A stretch of DNA of 63,378 nucleotides, counting the filler, from Octopus bimaculoides (taxonomy: Eukaryota), in assembly GCF_001194135.2 (NCBI RefSeq). It is 10 parts of 9 records of this genome, joined end to end, with 100 filler letters (N's around TTAATTAATTAA, not from the genome) between each part and the next. Parts side by side here need not be neighbours in the genome. Positions count along the whole stretch, not along the records: positions 59,938 to 62,101 come from NW_026320201.1; positions 62,202 to 63,378 come from NC_068983.1; 8 more parts are not named here. One strand, 5' to 3'. Of the stretch, positions 59,940 through 63,378 are shown one piece after another (within the stretch, counting starts at the first letter, position 1; the number at the start of each line of letters is the position of its first letter). The notes beneath the pieces are model-generated. The model ran no database searches and was not told where the DNA came from. It saw nothing but the letters and a program-made list of their open reading frames with translations. The translations under genes were made by a program, and so were the position numbers.

Positions 59940-60995
59940 AATAAAGCAACAACCTGCGGAAACTGCGAAGAATATTAATGCAGTATATGGAGATCGGACA
60001 ATAAACGGAAGCCAGTGTCAACAGCAGTTCCAGATATTCCGAACCGAAAGCTACAGCCTTGAAAACGATCCTCATCCTGGAAGATCTGTAGAGCTCGACG
60101 AGGACCTCCTGCAAACTCTGGTGGAACAAAATCCTATTGTAACTGTTCAGGAACAAGTAGCGAAGCATGAATTTGGTCATTCAACCATTCATCGATACCT
60201 GCATTCCATCGTAAAAGTCAGCAAATTGGATCAGTAGATTTCTCTCAAACATATCGTCTCTAATCGCGCGCAGCGCGCGAATGTGTCCTCTTCTTCACGA
60301 TACCTTTCTCAATTTGCGAATGTGTCCTTGTCTCATGCATGAACCTTTTTTGGACTGAATAGTGACTGGTGATGGGAAATGGGTTCTCTATAAAAATGTC
60401 AAGTGCCGAAGACAGTGGGTAAGGAAAAATACCGCCACCGCAGGCCTTCAGCTGCGCAAAATATTGTTACCTATTTCGTTGGATATGAGAGGTTTAGTCC
60501 ACTCTGACCTTTTTAACCCAAGCCGAACAATAAGAAAGATTTACTGCGAGCAGTTTGAGAGTCTTAAGTCATCGTAGAAGAAAATCATCCATCTTCGATT
60601 TCAAGATGAAAGGCGTCCTTCTATCAGTATAATGCTCGGCCACTTACATCAATGATGACATTCCAAAGGCTGGAGCAGTTTGTATGGGAAATGATGCCCC
60701 AGCAATCATATTCGCCGGACACTGTCCCATGTGATTATCATATATTCCGCTGTCTTCAAAATCTTTTGGACGGAAATAATATGAATCCTGTAGACGGGGC
60801 TATAAGATTATTTGAGGAGTATATTTGGTCACGGAGAAGTGAATTTTGGAAGAGGAACCTTGATTTTTCTACCAGATAGGTGGAGAGGCATTGTAGAAAA
60901 TGAAACAATGCATATTTTAGATGAACTTTGTTTATCTTAATTTTGAAAAATATAAGAAATATTAAAAAAAGCATATTATTTAAGGAATAACCCAA
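59940..60995 (+). mobile_element. Mariner (DD34D-type) transposase pseudogene with right TIR
   Basis: IVTGDGKWVLYKNVK; YSPDTVPCDYHIFRCLQNLL; HTH region ..LDEDLLQTLVEQNP; ends AACCCAA|TA. Confidence 0.88.
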
Positions 60996-63138
60996 TATAT
61001 TCCATTTCAAAGTCTACAGGCTGTATTAGATAAATAAACTAAAGTGACTGAGGAAATTGGAAATGAATAGAAAGATTTGGAGGAATAGGAAACAGTTAAG
61101 GGAAAAAAACAAAATTCAAGATGGGAATGAAAAACGGTGGAGGTAAAACGCATGGTTTTGAATTATATATTCAAATATATATAAGTTGACATTCAAATAC
61201 ATAGGAACATACATATTACATTTCTATTAATGTTTTGATACCAACATAAATCAAATATCAGTTGCATTTATCTTCAGACTCAATCAGAACAATATCACGT
61301 AAATATAGGGACAGAAAATGAGTAAGAGTACAAAGAACGGGGAGTGAAATAGAAACCAGATTATATTAAATTTATAGAAATATTACATTCATGAAATTGT
61401 ATGAAAAAAGTAAAACTCACAATTTCTTTAAAATTGGAAGATCTTGGAATATACCTTTCTTAATATGCGAAATATTATTTATGTGAAGAGATCTATAGCA
61501 GAAAACAAATATGATAATTATTGGTATAGAAATTATTTGCAAAAGTATACCAAAAAAACTTTTCTTTAACATGGGGGAATGGATGAGAAGGCAGATAGCG
61601 AGAAGCAAGAAGAAGAAGAAGAAGAAGAAGAAGAAGAAGAAGAAAACGGGAAGAAGACATTTTCAAAACGAAGATGTTAAAGATAAATTCAGAGAAAGTA
61701 CTTAAAAGTTGACAACGAATAATTTGGAGGTTGAGAATAACATCAGATGTTTTAAAATCTGTCATCAGTGAAAGGATATCTGGGAAATTGGTGCAAATTA
61801 CAAGTGTTGGAGGAAGGAGAAAGAAATATATGACTATATTCTAAGTATTTGGGTTTTTCACTTATCCATCTACATGTATTAGAATAATAAAATGAAGTGA
61901 GATAGATAGTCGGAGATAGATAGAATTGGCAAAGAAAACGGAAAAGTACAACCGGTAGAGAGAAAGAAAAGAAAACATATTATTAGAAATTACATAGTCA
62001 CATGTACATGCAGACACTAACATATACATGAAAATACAGATATACATTTCCGTTAATAAGTCTTGATGCAGACATATATATATATATATATACATATATA
62101 TNNNNNNNNNNNNNNNNNNNNNNNNNNNNNNNNNNNNNNNNNNNNTTAATTAATTAANNNNNNNNNNNNNNNNNNNNNNNNNNNNNNNNNNNNNNNNNNN
62201 NATATATATATATATCTTTTACGGAGATGTATTTGCATAACAAGTGACTTGATTTCAGATCTTGCGCTCAAACAAAAACAATTGCGGCGTGGAAGGTGCT
62301 TATAAGCCATTCAAGAACACACAAAAAAAAAAAACGTTTGTTTCACTTCAACATTTAAATTTTATTTGTGTCAAAATATATTCGTCGCTTCATATGATGT
62401 TGATTTGACAGGAACTTTAGAGGATGTGGAATGAATTATTTGGGATATTTGTTACTGCCTTTTGTACTCAGAGTTCAAAACCTAGGAAACAATTTGCAGG
62501 TCTATTCTTTCAACTGTTTAGTTTCTCTACCAATACACCAGCTGGTGAAAGAATGTGATGCTACGTACATGGCCACGTCAGATACGTGTAGTACACCTGT
62601 ATGTGAATGTGTGTGTCTACAGACATGCGTAAATATATGTGTATATATGTATATATGTGTATTTGCTTAACTTTGTGTGCATTTTGAGAGAGATAGAGAA
62701 AGGGAGAGAGACTGAGAGAGTGTGTGTGCGTACGTGTGTGTGTGTGTGCGTGCGTGTGTGTGTACGTGTGCGTGTGCGCGTGTGTGTAAGTATGCGCGTG
62801 TGTATGTACGAGCGTTAGTAGGTGCGTGCAGAAACGAATGTAAATGGATGTGTCTACTTTTCTATGAAAGAATTTCTGATTGGTGATCACAAATTTCATG
62901 TTCAAAATTCCTTGAGCCTTCAAATAATGCGGACATATGCAGAACGGATCTCATGTAACACCTAGCGCTATCTCGTGAGTGGAACGAGAAATCGACACTT
63001 CAACTACAATAATTATGTCTTCAATTATATTGCAATCCACCATTTCCGAGGTGCATTCATTAGAAAATAGAGTATCTTTGAGAAATAGGCACATGTACAC
63101 AAAACAAACATGCATGCAAACATCAGTATAAATATCAA

Positions 63139-63190
<52 letters not shown>

Positions 63191-63191
63191 A

Positions 63192-63236
<45 letters not shown>

Positions 63237-63242
63237 GATACA

Positions 63243-63330
63243 TTTCTTTTATTAGCCACACAGGGCTCAGCGAAAATGGGACAAATACAATGTAGAACTT
63301 TTCTTTTTGGGAGGGGAAGAAAAAAAAGGG
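63243..63330 (-). mobile_element. Retroelement 3' tail of the TTTGTCCC..GCCCTGTGTGG..AATAAAAGAAA type
   Basis: Reverse-complement similarity to the tails at 22880-22920 and 33843-33900. Confidence 0.55.
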
Positions 63331-63378
63331 GGGTCGATCAAAAGGGATCGTAGGAAGGAAAAGGGGGTAGTTCGATCA

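Overview
AT-rich, gap-ridden, microsatellite-dense eukaryotic DNA. The SINE repertoire, the microsatellite load and the N-TTAATTAATTAA-N scaffold spacers suggest an octopus (coleoid cephalopod) draft assembly; this is an inference, not a database match. I found no host gene I can name. The window is mostly a transposon graveyard. It holds three tRNA-headed SINE families (labelled A, B and C by me) and remnants of Penelope-like elements (RT, GIY-YIG end, hammerhead-ribozyme cores), L1/Tx1, RTE and R4/Dong LINEs. It also holds hAT (Buster/Charlie), MULE (FLYWCH+DDE), two Tc1/mariner transposase relics and several MITEs. A few splice-site-bounded open segments (35411-35492 and 40943-41150 in particular) may be exons of an unidentified gene. 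The most interesting structures are: (1) a tRNA-headed element whose 3' module carries a Penelope-type hammerhead core and an inverted terminal copy, i.e. a possible Penelope-mobilised SINE; (2) a 1.4-kb gag/ORF1-only retroelement that shares its 3' tail with SINE A; (3) a 152-bp satellite built from SINE heads; (4) a 262-bp fold-back with biased same-base mismatches; (5) fold-backs built from TTAGGG repeats. All translations and pairings were done by eye.
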